Positions 31,201 through 40,276 are shown, counted from the first letter of the stretch. The stretch: DNA of 64,000 bases from an uncultured Hyphomicrobiales bacterium (GCA_964473465.1 CAYYPE010000011.1:555-64554), one strand, 5' to 3'. Translations and numbers: made by a program. Notes: a model not told the origin generated them from the sequence alone.

Positions 31201-32920
31201 TAACACAAGTGTTTATGCTCCTTCATTCCTTGTAAAAGTTATGATATATCGTAATGCCGGTGATCCCTATCCAATCTATTGCCGTGTTCAACCACTGCCC
31301 GGACTTGCTCCCGGAACAGTTCTTGAATATGCTATGCCGGATTGGAATGCAAGAAAAACAGGTCCCGGAAGATATTTCATGCTTGCTAATTTAATCGTTC
31401 CCGGTGGTGATATTGAACCATTGAACGATACTACATTCACTTTCTTCGATTTAAGATTTGGTGATGTTTTCGCTTATGATCCAGCACAAAACCCGAGAAA
31501 TGATGTTCCTGATAACTCATTCACCGGAGTTGCCGGTCGTGGTTTGAACCTTTATGGATTTGCTGCTGGTGGTAATGGTTCTATATATGGTCCTTCCGGC
31601 GGATATGACGGAAACACACTTGGTGCAGGTTATGTTGGTGGTAGCGGTTCCGGTCAGATAGCTGTTAAGTTTACATTGACCAGACCTGACACAATCAAAG
31701 GATACAAGGCATACTTTGGAGAATTAAACCAAGCCGGAGATGATATTTCATTTGAAGTGTATACAGATCAGGGACAACCCGGTTCACCTGTCCCCGGTAC
31801 TTTAATTTACAGACAACGTGGCTATGACGAAGATAGAAGAGACTTCCACTTTGGTGAATATGTCCAATTTAATTTACCAAGGCCTGTTGTTCTAAACGCT
31901 GGAAGTTACTGGATGGCTATCGGTCAAATGGGTGAAACTGGTCTTGAGCTTGGTGCGTCGAAATCAAGAGTTGGAATGAGAACAACAAGTATTTACATTC
32001 CACCGCCAGTTACTGCAGTTGGTCCTGTCGGAGGAAGCGGTTATCATCTTGTTATTGAAAAAGACTTTAGAAGAACTAATCCAAGTGGAAACTTGATTAA
32101 TAATAACTTCTTTGCCTTTGAAAATACAAGAAAGAGCGGACAATGGATTCAGTTTATGCCAACAATTGGTAATCCTGCTTATGCTCACTTACATCACTAT
32201 GGTATTTCACCAGCTGATAATTATACAGCTACACTATCCAGAGGAACATGGATTCCAATGATTAGACCATACTTCGGCAATAGAACTCATAGTACAAACC
32301 CAGAATACGAAATCTGCCCAGATATACCTGTTGAACTTACCAGCTTCGATGGTCAGGTGAGAAGTGGCGGTATTGACCTCTTCTGGGAAACTGCATCTGA
32401 GCATAATAACTATGGTTTCTATGTTGAAAGAAGAGTTGGAACAAAAGAAGATACAGATTGGAATTCAATTGGCTTTGTTAAAGGTGTTGGAAACTCTGCG
32501 GTTGTTAATAGATATAATTACCTCGACAAAGAAGTGGTTCCATTTACTACCTACCAATATCGTTTGAGACAGGTTGACAGAGACGGTATCGAAAATTGCG
32601 AGACCTTCTCCAAGATAATCACCTTGACATATGATAATGTCGAAGAGCTAACTTTAGCTCCTAACTCACCAAATCCATTTACAACAAGCACTCAAATTTC
32701 ATTCTATCTGCCAACAGATGACAATGTTAAACTTGAGATTCTTGATGTCTTTGGAAATGTTGTTAAGACATTATTCAATGGTAATCTACCTGCAAAACAG
32801 CATATCTACAACTGGGATGGTAGAAATGAAGCCGGTTCCTTTGTATCCAGTGGTACATATATCACAAGATTGATAGCCGGTGATCAGGTTAGAACAAGTA
32901 AGATGACATTGGTAAGATAA
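28232..32920 (+). CDS. Giant T9SS-secreted surface protein (1562 aa from the preferred start) with a type-A Por C-terminal sorting domain
   Basis: GGAG precedes the ATG at 28232 (MKKKLLLIAALCGLLFYTSTTFA is a signal peptide). The C-terminus …LAPNSPNPFTTSTQISFYLPTDDNVKLEILDVFGNVVKTLF…SGTYITRLIAG is a CTD. No catalytic motifs are evident in the body. Confidence 0.75.
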   Translation: MKKKLLLIAALCGLLFYTSTTFANDSKQVGDELQRRSLLFEVPGFYQGTSYPMPFQEIGNPVNRPPVSTGYYFVDSDDEAPDYWRPIPEIVDTTVEPNLWRRILPGARLVDPQYWIDNPQEGLRFFRNPAYPASDGNFFTGPTDSTDDAIAGPIPIGFSFIFNGLRYDSFYVSTNGIIALTNRRYTYDATGQKAILPGATSCYDPMSMDWFTRGRSGDGLADNTPDNWGYQYSVLANAPTSATAGIRTRGGSLDQATFQTNRSALIAPFFGDMHLSQFNPDLNQAEDFGKVYFKRSNSADKLIIYFINIAPHRTLATPFGNYTGPTDARPGVPQYISGSAQVVLNRIDSSVTIIYERFEGVAVVSGRGVPANTVFRYNTTAGVFGYARHVNYGQTTAPVYPWASEYYQSTHYFMKFANAQATYPHNYLAVKFKQWKNTVRVVDIQYRVRKSDPNADLDFSEQVPSSQVNNYELLAGEERIGAIQPVALIQNLTNNIQGPQGKNFQPQQLRFRARFRIINEASGRIIYNRLVPIDSTCLALPDSLSQECTGDPFVRVRYVNVTKSGANYSASPLAFPGTQRYNGIPPYGYVQILFPPFEANEFVANQIGRMRAYIIADPTNPITNEGLGDEWPFDDTTFVRLFVMKRLDDFSDDVTSFHIVNRTPMPSTLKWVNINAEVQAGDEVSKYPLPPRGEYSATNNKDFTFLDPNFSTFKLQSPVIRMNRDPEPPANSYGGDELRSFPINLIGRYNSVLSLSVQRSLYQPDWPRGWSDQQLIACEPRTVVNGDPFTVWTNYAGSAASFPDEFAVELMQPSPNGIQYITNVEDKRWRNHPRRGGAKAVTNMAAYILYGAGGAMRGFLEGDKDSALSPPTAGFLNGLRPDIYDDGIDYEYKKIFIPIPDTFISAEKDGAKNFRFRLKLYSRNQGFGGNKKCISCIPDDDDPFFVDNVRILFPSEITDLEISVVKAQWPYTIAPASQADKIPIRVKMSNNTSVYAPSFLVKVMIYRNAGDPYPIYCRVQPLPGLAPGTVLEYAMPDWNARKTGPGRYFMLANLIVPGGDIEPLNDTTFTFFDLRFGDVFAYDPAQNPRNDVPDNSFTGVAGRGLNLYGFAAGGNGSIYGPSGGYDGNTLGAGYVGGSGSGQIAVKFTLTRPDTIKGYKAYFGELNQAGDDISFEVYTDQGQPGSPVPGTLIYRQRGYDEDRRDFHFGEYVQFNLPRPVVLNAGSYWMAIGQMGETGLELGASKSRVGMRTTSIYIPPPVTAVGPVGGSGYHLVIEKDFRRTNPSGNLINNNFFAFENTRKSGQWIQFMPTIGNPAYAHLHHYGISPADNYTATLSRGTWIPMIRPYFGNRTHSTNPEYEICPDIPVELTSFDGQVRSGGIDLFWETASEHNNYGFYVERRVGTKEDTDWNSIGFVKGVGNSAVVNRYNYLDKEVVPFTTYQYRLRQVDRDGIENCETFSKIITLTYDNVEELTLAPNSPNPFTTSTQISFYLPTDDNVKLEILDVFGNVVKTLFNGNLPAKQHIYNWDGRNEAGSFVSSGTYITRLIAGDQVRTSKMTLVR

Positions 32921-32948
32921 TTATCTTGCTGACTGATTAATAATAAAG

Positions 32949-32982
32949 TCCCTCGCTCGTTTATGAGCGGGGGCTTTTTTTT
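32949..32982 (+). terminator. Rho-independent terminator after the giant cargo gene
   Basis: ccctcgctc–gtttatga–gcggggg hairpin (9-bp stem with one G·U pair) followed by T8. Confidence 0.7.
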
Positions 32983-32997
32983 AATACTTAGAGATAT

Positions 32998-33648
32998 ATG
33001 TTTACAGGTTTAATAGAAGAAATTGGTGAAATTTATAATATATCCTCTATTGGTGGAGGTTATAAAATTTCTGTTAAATCAAGTTACATTATAAATGATC
33101 TGGCAATTGACGACTCAGTCTCTATCAACGGAGCTTGTCAGACAGTTGTTCAGGTTAAAAATAATTTATTTGAGGTTGAAGCTGTAGAAGAAACTTTGAG
33201 AAAGACTACACTCGGTGGTTTCAGGAATGGAAAAAAAGTAAATCTCGAAAGGGCATTAACTTTAAATAAAAGGCTTGGCGGTCATATTGTTCTTGGTCAT
33301 GTTGATTGTGTTGGAACTGTCCAATCTATCCAACCAGAAAGAACCGGTATCCTGATTAAAATCAAATATCCTAAGGAATTCAGCAAATATGTCATCAGTT
33401 CAGGCTCAATTTGTATGGATGGAGTAAGCCTGACAACTGCAAGAACCGATAACGACTGGTTTCTGGTCTCAATTATACCGCACACTTGGAACAAAACGAC
33501 TCTTAATTTATTGAAAACTGGTGATCAGGTGAATCTTGAATTCGATGTTCTTGGCAAATATATTGAAAAGCTCATTAATAACAGACAAATCTCTTCTTCA
33601 GGTAACGAAGAATTCTGGAAAGAAATGCTTTCTGACTATAATTCATAA
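32998..33648 (+). CDS. ribE: Riboflavin synthase alpha subunit
   Basis: 216 aa. It begins with the diagnostic MFTGLIEEIGEI and carries the duplicated lumazine-binding halves (…SLTV… repeated). Confidence 0.95.
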   Translation: MFTGLIEEIGEIYNISSIGGGYKISVKSSYIINDLAIDDSVSINGACQTVVQVKNNLFEVEAVEETLRKTTLGGFRNGKKVNLERALTLNKRLGGHIVLGHVDCVGTVQSIQPERTGILIKIKYPKEFSKYVISSGSICMDGVSLTTARTDNDWFLVSIIPHTWNKTTLNLLKTGDQVNLEFDVLGKYIEKLINNRQISSSGNEEFWKEMLSDYNS

Positions 33649-33682
33649 AATTTTAAACCCCATCTTTAAAGTATCCTTTTAA

Positions 33683-33716
33683 AATAAAAAGGCTATCTCT
33701 TGAAATTGAGACAGCC
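33683..33716 (-). terminator. Rho-independent terminator of the 33742-35583 gene (minus strand)
   Basis: On the minus strand, ggctgtctc–aatttcaa–gagatagcc (9-bp stem, one mismatch) is followed by TTTTTATTTT. Confidence 0.55.
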
Positions 33717-33741
33717 CCTTGATTTCTTATGGAATTAGTAA

Positions 33742-35583
33742 TTATTCAAGAGAAATTAAAGGTAAAATATATCTTTCACCTTTATATTGAGCTACAAGAA
33801 AATATAAACCCTGACTTGAGTTAAAATCAATCTTTATTGAACCTTCACCTTTTGAAATAGCTTCAAAGGTATTATATTGCTGATTTCCAAATAAATCGTA
33901 AATTGAAAACTCAACCATTTCCGTGAGATTTTCTATTGCTTTGTAATTGATATTGAAAGAATTATTGAATGGATTTGGTGATGCCCAAATCTCAAAAAGA
34001 TTATTATCAAAACTCATAACATCATTATCAGCAGATAGGCTTGAGACCACTTCACCTTCAAGTTCAACAAAGAAATCTTTTTCGTTGAAAGCATCGCTTG
34101 ATATTTTTATCAAGCCTTTATATACTCTTTCTTGCGGACGATAGGAAAATCTTACAATGACTTTAACAGAATCTTTTGGCTTTATAGATATTGGAACCTT
34201 AACAACTTGATGAAAATTAAATGCATCGTCATCATTCTCTTCAATTTTTAAATAATTGATATTGAGTTCCATATCACCGTCATTACGGATATATAAGTCA
34301 ATATCTTTTTTCAAATCGCTTTGTTTGATCTTACCAAAATCCACCTTTTTGCCGTAATTAGTTGCGATTATTGGACCCTGATTGCCTTTTCCTGCCGTTC
34401 CTACAACATCAACGTATCTATAGTCAGGATTAGAATTGGTATAAATTGATAATTGAGCACTGTAAGATTGCTTATCAACCTTAGGAGTGAATCGAATCAC
34501 TACTTTATGAGACTGACCTTTTTTAAGTGTAACGGGTTTATTGGTTTTTACCTCCCCGTCAACGATCTGGAAAGCAGCATCTTCTTCCCACCATGATGTT
34601 TCCTTAATTATCAGGTTTTCCGTTCCAATGCTTTTAAGTTCTAATTCAATATCTCTTGTTGAATCAACAGGAACATGCCCGAAATCAATTCTCAATGGTT
34701 CAATTGAAAGAACAGGACCATCAGGAGGGATATTTCCCAGAAGCCATACCATTGCACGATAGAGGAGAGAACCTCTCGGAATATCACCTGCAAATCCTTC
34801 GAAACCCATACTCCATGCAGCAATTCTCGATTTACCCCATTCAGCTTTAATTCCTACTAAAGTATCGGTTGCATAAGCGTTGTTCTTTCTAATTATGTGA
34901 TCAACAGGCTGAAATTTATTTCTGTCCATTGTCTCGAATACAATAACACTTAAATAATTTGCGAGGGGCCACCATACTTCATCTCCAGCATTGAAACCAA
35001 TATTACACCACTTAACGATGTTTTTTCCTATCTGGCATTCCAGATCTCCACGAACCCAGAATGACCACCACATGATAGTATTTCCCTGAATTTGGTGGAA
35101 TGGAAGAACCCCGATGTATTTAATGCCGAGTGTGTCAGTGAGAAATTTTTGGACTTCTGTGCTTTTATTGCTGCTTGCTGGGTCGAAGGCATACCAGACG
35201 AATTTTCGCCCGGTTATCATAACGTTCTTTCCTGCTGCTATCATCTCCCTGATTTTTTCCAAAACGTTAAGCCCCCCGACACTTGCATTCAAAGGCAAAT
35301 CTCCAAGTGGAAATACTGCTAAATCATAGTCGGTTATTTTGTATTGACTGAAGGTTGAAGATGAAAAACTTGCCACCTTCGCATATTTAGCGTAAGTGTC
35401 TGTATGAGCCTCATCGGTGAAATATTTACCATAAGCTTCGTTTGCAAATTCTGTGTCAAAATTATTGAAAAGGATGTATTTATAGGGATTCACCTGTAAA
35501 TCGTATTTTTTATCTTCTCCTTTAGCAATAAATAAGGGGAAAATTAAAATTATAATAATGAAAAATTGTAACTGCTTTTTCAT
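33742..35583 (-). CDS. T9SS cargo protein, paralog A: shared ~250-aa N-terminal alpha/beta domain + 2 ASH/choice-of-anchor-D Ig-like domains + Por CTD
   Basis: Signal peptide. N-terminal domain motifs DYDLAVFPLGDLPL…GKNVMITGRKFVWYAFDP…FLTDTLGIKYI…RAMVWLLG. Ig-like segments IDFGHVPVDSTRDIELELKSIGTENLII and VDFGKIKQSDLKKDIDLYIRNDGDMEL. C-terminus …ASPNPFNNSFNINY…GLYFLVAQY. Confidence 0.75.
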   Translation of the reverse strand: MKKQLQFFIIIILIFPLFIAKGEDKKYDLQVNPYKYILFNNFDTEFANEAYGKYFTDEAHTDTYAKYAKVASFSSSTFSQYKITDYDLAVFPLGDLPLNASVGGLNVLEKIREMIAAGKNVMITGRKFVWYAFDPASSNKSTEVQKFLTDTLGIKYIGVLPFHQIQGNTIMWWSFWVRGDLECQIGKNIVKWCNIGFNAGDEVWWPLANYLSVIVFETMDRNKFQPVDHIIRKNNAYATDTLVGIKAEWGKSRIAAWSMGFEGFAGDIPRGSLLYRAMVWLLGNIPPDGPVLSIEPLRIDFGHVPVDSTRDIELELKSIGTENLIIKETSWWEEDAAFQIVDGEVKTNKPVTLKKGQSHKVVIRFTPKVDKQSYSAQLSIYTNSNPDYRYVDVVGTAGKGNQGPIIATNYGKKVDFGKIKQSDLKKDIDLYIRNDGDMELNINYLKIEENDDDAFNFHQVVKVPISIKPKDSVKVIVRFSYRPQERVYKGLIKISSDAFNEKDFFVELEGEVVSSLSADNDVMSFDNNLFEIWASPNPFNNSFNINYKAIENLTEMVEFSIYDLFGNQQYNTFEAISKGEGSIKIDFNSSQGLYFLVAQYKGERYILPLISLE

Positions 35584-35596
35584 TTTCTCCTCTATG

Positions 35597-37369
35597 TTAT
35601 TTTAATAGAATTACTGGTTTTGAATATAATTTATTGTTGTTTTCTATAGTAATATAATACAATCCGCTGCTTAATACTTTGTTTATCTGAAATTTTATTT
35701 CGTCCTGAATTATTGGCTCAACAGACGTATTAAAAACTAATCTTCCATCTGAAGAAACCAAACTTATTTTTATAGGTGAATAAGCAGGCTTAATTAATTT
35801 GATAATTATCTCAGATTTGTCAGTCATAGGGTTAGAAATAACATTGAATGAAAAATCGGTATAATTATCATCATTAACCTGACTTGGGGAAGTGCCCTCA
35901 CCAGTCAGTTGAATTTCAAATACTGGGGAATTCAGTGCATCAGAATAAATTCTTAGTGTGCCGTTATAGATTTTTTCCTCTTTGGGCTGGAAATATACTT
36001 CTTTTAATTTTTTTCCTCCGGGAGGGATTTTTGCACTTGTAACTCCGTCTCCAAAGAAAATTTGATCGGCATCATCGAAGATTAACATACTATCTACGCT
36101 TAAATTAACATTACCTGAATTAATAATATCAAAGGACCTGGAAACTTTTTCTCCTATTGGGGTTTTTCCAAAATCTAATTTATTACCAGTCAAACTAACG
36201 GAAATAAGCCCACCAGACCTGATATCTCCGTTTCCGGTAAGATTCACTGCTTTTTCGGACTCTGTTTGAGAATTCGATTTAATGATTAAAAAATCAGCGT
36301 AATAGCCCTTTTCTTTTGGTTTGAATCGGAGTGTTACGGTGTGAACCTCTCCCGATTTGAGAGTTAAGGGATTTCCCCCATCAATAATTGAGAAGGCATT
36401 TTTGCCGCTGAAATTTTCGACTTCAATTGAACTTACTATCAAATCCTGAGTGCCAATATTTCGAAAGCTAACAGTTGATTCGGAGCTATCACCAACATAA
36501 ACATAGCCAAAATCAACATTTTCGTCAAGAGATTGAATCTGTGCACCGGGTTGAAGCTCTCCTTCGGTTAACCATTTCATACCTCTTTCAATGATGGAGT
36601 AACGATAGATATTTCCTGCAATATTTTCAAATCCATAACTCCAAAAAACAATCTTTGATTTTCCAACCTGAGTTCTGATTCCGAGTAATGTGTCATTCAA
36701 AGGTGCCGGGTGTGTCCTTGTGAAAATATCTACCGGAAAATATTTGTTTGGGTCTTTGGTTTTAAAAACATCAACATAAAGAACTGTGTCTAATGGTGTA
36801 TGCTTGGTTGAGCCTTGTATATAAGTCTGATTGCAGAACCTGACATCAGCTTTGCCAATTGGGTCTTTTGGAGACCCTCTAACAACATATCCCTGAAAAT
36901 AAATTGTATTACCGCTAATGTAGTGAACGGGCATCCTTTTAATAAATTCGACACCAAGAATATTTGTAAGAAAATTATTGACTTCAGGATGTTTCACTTG
37001 TGATTTTGGATCAAATTCTCCCCATAGACCATTTTTGGCAATAATCATCACACTTCTTCCTGAATCAATCATCATTTTGATTTTGTCTATCACATAGTGT
37101 TTGCCTGATGGTGTTCTTACACTTAAAGGATATTCACCCATTGCAAAGATTGCAACTTTGTAGTCTGTTATTTTAATTACATCAAGAATTTCATCAGCAA
37201 AAGGAAAAGATTCAACTTCAATTCCGCAATATTCCATCAAATTATTTTCATATACTCTGGGACCGTATTTAACATCCAGATTATTGAAATAAATATATTC
37301 GCAGGAAAACGAGTAAAATAATGGTATAAATAAAGAGAGTAAAGAAAAGAGAAGATTTTTAAGTTTCAT
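35597..37369 (-). CDS. T9SS cargo protein, paralog B (same architecture as paralog A)
   Basis: DYKVAIFAMGEYPL…GRSVMIIAKNGLWGEFDP…FLTNILGVEFI…RGMKWLTEG aligns motif for motif with paralog A. Ig-like segments VDFGYVYVGDSSESTVSFRNIGTQDLIV and LDFGKTPIGEKVSRSFDIINSGNVNL. CTD …VISNPMTDKSEIII…GLYYITIENNN. 13 nt from paralog A. Confidence 0.75.
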   Translation of the reverse strand: MKLKNLLFSLLSLFIPLFYSFSCEYIYFNNLDVKYGPRVYENNLMEYCGIEVESFPFADEILDVIKITDYKVAIFAMGEYPLSVRTPSGKHYVIDKIKMMIDSGRSVMIIAKNGLWGEFDPKSQVKHPEVNNFLTNILGVEFIKRMPVHYISGNTIYFQGYVVRGSPKDPIGKADVRFCNQTYIQGSTKHTPLDTVLYVDVFKTKDPNKYFPVDIFTRTHPAPLNDTLLGIRTQVGKSKIVFWSYGFENIAGNIYRYSIIERGMKWLTEGELQPGAQIQSLDENVDFGYVYVGDSSESTVSFRNIGTQDLIVSSIEVENFSGKNAFSIIDGGNPLTLKSGEVHTVTLRFKPKEKGYYADFLIIKSNSQTESEKAVNLTGNGDIRSGGLISVSLTGNKLDFGKTPIGEKVSRSFDIINSGNVNLSVDSMLIFDDADQIFFGDGVTSAKIPPGGKKLKEVYFQPKEEKIYNGTLRIYSDALNSPVFEIQLTGEGTSPSQVNDDNYTDFSFNVISNPMTDKSEIIIKLIKPAYSPIKISLVSSDGRLVFNTSVEPIIQDEIKFQINKVLSSGLYYITIENNNKLYSKPVILLK

Positions 37370-37519
37370 ATTTGTCTCCTTTAAATAATTGAGACTAATT
37401 TAAAAAAGCATTTTTGGATTCCAACTTTGATATTTAAAAAGGGGAAGAATCCATCTTTTTGTTGAAGATGGATTCGACGCCCTGAATTAATAATAATAAA
37501 TTAAAAGAAATCACAAGAT

Positions 37520-40276
37520 TTACTTATTGATAATAAGGGGTAAATTAACCCTTGTTCCCTCAATATTTGCTAAAATGAAATAAATACCTGAGCTTAAACT
37601 TTCGGCATTAATATCCAATTGATGATTTCCGGGGTTAGTTGTTTGTTCATAAAGTGAACTTATAACTTTTCCACTCATATCAATCAATTGAATGTTAATA
37701 TTCTTAGGTGTATATCCGCCAAGTGTGAAGTCAATTTTACCGATTAAAGATATTGGATTTGGTGTTGCTTTGATCTTAAACAATCCATTCTCAGAAACGG
37801 CCTCGCTAACGGAAGAAGCGACGTCGGATTCACCTACCAATTGAATTTCGAAACTTGGGAAGTTTTTAGCATTTGAAGTTATACTAATTGTTCCCTCGTA
37901 TTTTTTATTTTCCTCTGTTGGGCTAAATTTGACTGTAATAGTTCTGCTATCATCTTTTGGAACAGTCCCGGGTTCGCTTCCATCAACAAATGAAAATACT
38001 TCGTTATCATTTTTTGTGAATTTGATTTCACTAATAACTAAATCTTCACTGCCATTATTGAAAATAATTACATCTTTATTCATAGATTTTCCGGGCTTAA
38101 CCTTAGGCGAAGTCCATTCAAGTTTTTGTTTATTTGCAGAAATTTGAGCACCAGCACCGGGAGCACCTTCGGCAATAAGATTGACAACTTCATCTTTGGC
38201 ATTTTCAGCATTTGAAGTGATAAAGATTGAACCATCATATTTCTTGGCTGCCTTGGGGGTGAATTTTACTGTAACTGCAATCAGTTGTCCTGGTTTTATT
38301 GTTACGGGAGTTGTGCCACCCTCAGTAATTTCAAAAACACCATCTGGGTCGTAATCGGGGTCATTATAAAGTTTTGAAATTATTAAATCTTTGTCGCCAT
38401 CATTTTTTATTGAGAAGGACATTTCTTTGGAAGAGCCAACCTGAACCTTGTCAAAATTCAATGTTGAATTAGATAAAGTAATTTTTGGACCACCAGAAGA
38501 AGTAGTCGTGGTTAACCATTTCATTGCCTGCGAAAGCAATTTAGCCCTTGAACCCTGATCATCGAAAGCTCCTAAATCAAAGCCGCAATAAATAAGTTTT
38601 GCAAATCCATTATCAAACTTAAATCCAGCAATATCAGATGGCTTATTATTATATACGAAACAAGCTGTGGATTTGCTGTTTGATGGTATAGAGAAAATAT
38701 CAGAGAAGAAATTATAACCATTCTGCGGATTTGCATTGCTTGGGGCTATTATATTCATCCCGACGGGGTCTCCATCAATCCCGTTAACATTGTAGCGAAG
38801 CAAACTTATCTGGTTGTTATTCACAGAGTATCTTTGATCGGCTCTTACCCAGTTAACTCCTAATATGTCAGTAAAAAATGTTTTATATTCCCATGGTGCA
38901 TTAAATTGAGCGGTATAAGTATAAAATCCAGTGCAATCCGAGAAAATTAACACGTTCTTTCTCATGCTGATCATTGAATTAATCGTGTTCAGCATTGATT
39001 GTGATAATGGATTGATTATAATATTGCCACCAAAATATGAAGATGTGCTGAAAATTGCTACATCAAAGTTAGTCGGTGGATATGCCTGAATAGTTTCGGT
39101 AGCGTAGGGAATTACAGCTAAATCCTTATTGTATGTTGCCAATTGAGCAAAGGCATTAATATAGTGTGTAATCCATGGGTTATAACCCGAATATAAAGCA
39201 TATTTGGTGTCCTCAGTAAGGATATAAAAATCTGCCGTTGTGGGAGCACTTGCCGAATTTGTATTTGGTGTTGCTTTTATTATTATTGCGGCAAAACCAG
39301 CGTTATCTTTGGTCTTCACTGTAACAGTCAATTCTGTGGAAGCATTAGCTGCCAACGTTGTTGATGTTGGGCTGACAGTTGCTGTCCATCCTGTTGGGAG
39401 GAAGCTTGTCGGGTCAACAACAATATCAAACTTAAGGCTTGATTTATTAGGATTTGTTAAAGTAATTTTCTTTGTCAAAGTATTATTTCTGGCAGATGTG
39501 AGGAACCTATCGGCGATTGTTTCGAATTTGCCGGTAACCATACTCTGAGCAGCCTGATATACTTCTTTTGTTGCATCATCCTGAACAAAAGCGACAACAT
39601 AAATTTTCGCTTTATCCCAACCGGACTGAATTGTGTAAGTATGTGTAAATTTCTTAGTTTCATCTGCTGCAAGATTAATAGTTGTTCCATTATGATCGGG
39701 CAACATTTTTCTAACAACCCATGGAAATTCTTTTTCACCGTTAGAGCCCGGTGGTGTTGAAAAAACAACATTTTGTTCAACCACGCAAATTCTAAGCTTC
39801 TTGTTTGATAATGCTTGTGAAGTGTGAATTTCAACATCAACAGATGAGTTTGAACCAGTCCTTGTCTCTGTTACATTGAGTGTAATCGGAGACATTTGAG
39901 TTCTTAATGAAGCAAGTGAGGAGCCAATATTTGCTATACTTGCGGGATGACCCCGAACTGTTCCAAGAAAAACATAATGAGGAACACCATTAACTTGATA
40001 ATAACTCGTCCTTCCATTATGCATTGTAGGGTTCTCGGCATTAAAAGGGTCGGAACCGGGAAAATTAGGATGGAATACTATTGGTATTAATACATCCAGA
40101 TTATTACTCACGTAACTTTTAAAAGTTGGATTTGAAGCAGCACAAGGTCCGCAAGATGCATTAGTAAATTCCTCCAGAAGTCCTTTTTTGGGGGAATCTG
40201 CAAAGCTGAGATGAATACAAAACAGGAAACTGATTGAAATCATCAATAAGCTTGTAAAGCGTTTTAAATTAATCAT
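37520..40276 (-). CDS. T9SS cargo protein, paralog C: N-terminal thioredoxin-like (CGPC) domain + Ig-like domain + shared N-domain + 3 ASH/choice-of-anchor-D domains + Por CTD
   Basis: 918 aa. Near the N-terminus, EEFTNASCGPCAASNPTFKSY…NGVPHYVFLG has the thioredoxin-fold pattern, including the cis-Pro position. Shared-domain motifs DVAIFSTSSYFGG…RKNVLIFSDCTGFYTYTAQFNAPWEYKTFFTDILGVNWV…QAMKWLTTT. Ig-like segments LNFDKVQVGSSKEMSFSIKNDGDKDLII and similar. CTD ATPNPISLIGKIDF…GIYFILANIEG. Confidence 0.75.
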   Translation of the reverse strand: MINLKRFTSLLMISISFLFCIHLSFADSPKKGLLEEFTNASCGPCAASNPTFKSYVSNNLDVLIPIVFHPNFPGSDPFNAENPTMHNGRTSYYQVNGVPHYVFLGTVRGHPASIANIGSSLASLRTQMSPITLNVTETRTGSNSSVDVEIHTSQALSNKKLRICVVEQNVVFSTPPGSNGEKEFPWVVRKMLPDHNGTTINLAADETKKFTHTYTIQSGWDKAKIYVVAFVQDDATKEVYQAAQSMVTGKFETIADRFLTSARNNTLTKKITLTNPNKSSLKFDIVVDPTSFLPTGWTATVSPTSTTLAANASTELTVTVKTKDNAGFAAIIIKATPNTNSASAPTTADFYILTEDTKYALYSGYNPWITHYINAFAQLATYNKDLAVIPYATETIQAYPPTNFDVAIFSTSSYFGGNIIINPLSQSMLNTINSMISMRKNVLIFSDCTGFYTYTAQFNAPWEYKTFFTDILGVNWVRADQRYSVNNNQISLLRYNVNGIDGDPVGMNIIAPSNANPQNGYNFFSDIFSIPSNSKSTACFVYNNKPSDIAGFKFDNGFAKLIYCGFDLGAFDDQGSRAKLLSQAMKWLTTTTSSGGPKITLSNSTLNFDKVQVGSSKEMSFSIKNDGDKDLIISKLYNDPDYDPDGVFEITEGGTTPVTIKPGQLIAVTVKFTPKAAKKYDGSIFITSNAENAKDEVVNLIAEGAPGAGAQISANKQKLEWTSPKVKPGKSMNKDVIIFNNGSEDLVISEIKFTKNDNEVFSFVDGSEPGTVPKDDSRTITVKFSPTEENKKYEGTISITSNAKNFPSFEIQLVGESDVASSVSEAVSENGLFKIKATPNPISLIGKIDFTLGGYTPKNINIQLIDMSGKVISSLYEQTTNPGNHQLDINAESLSSGIYFILANIEGTRVNLPLIINK

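Noticed and set aside
32921-32997. Possible FMN riboswitch upstream of ribE.
   Set aside because: The 77-nt spacer is fully accounted for by the upstream gene's terminator hairpin plus T-run. There is no room for the ~140-nt, GC-rich FMN aptamer.
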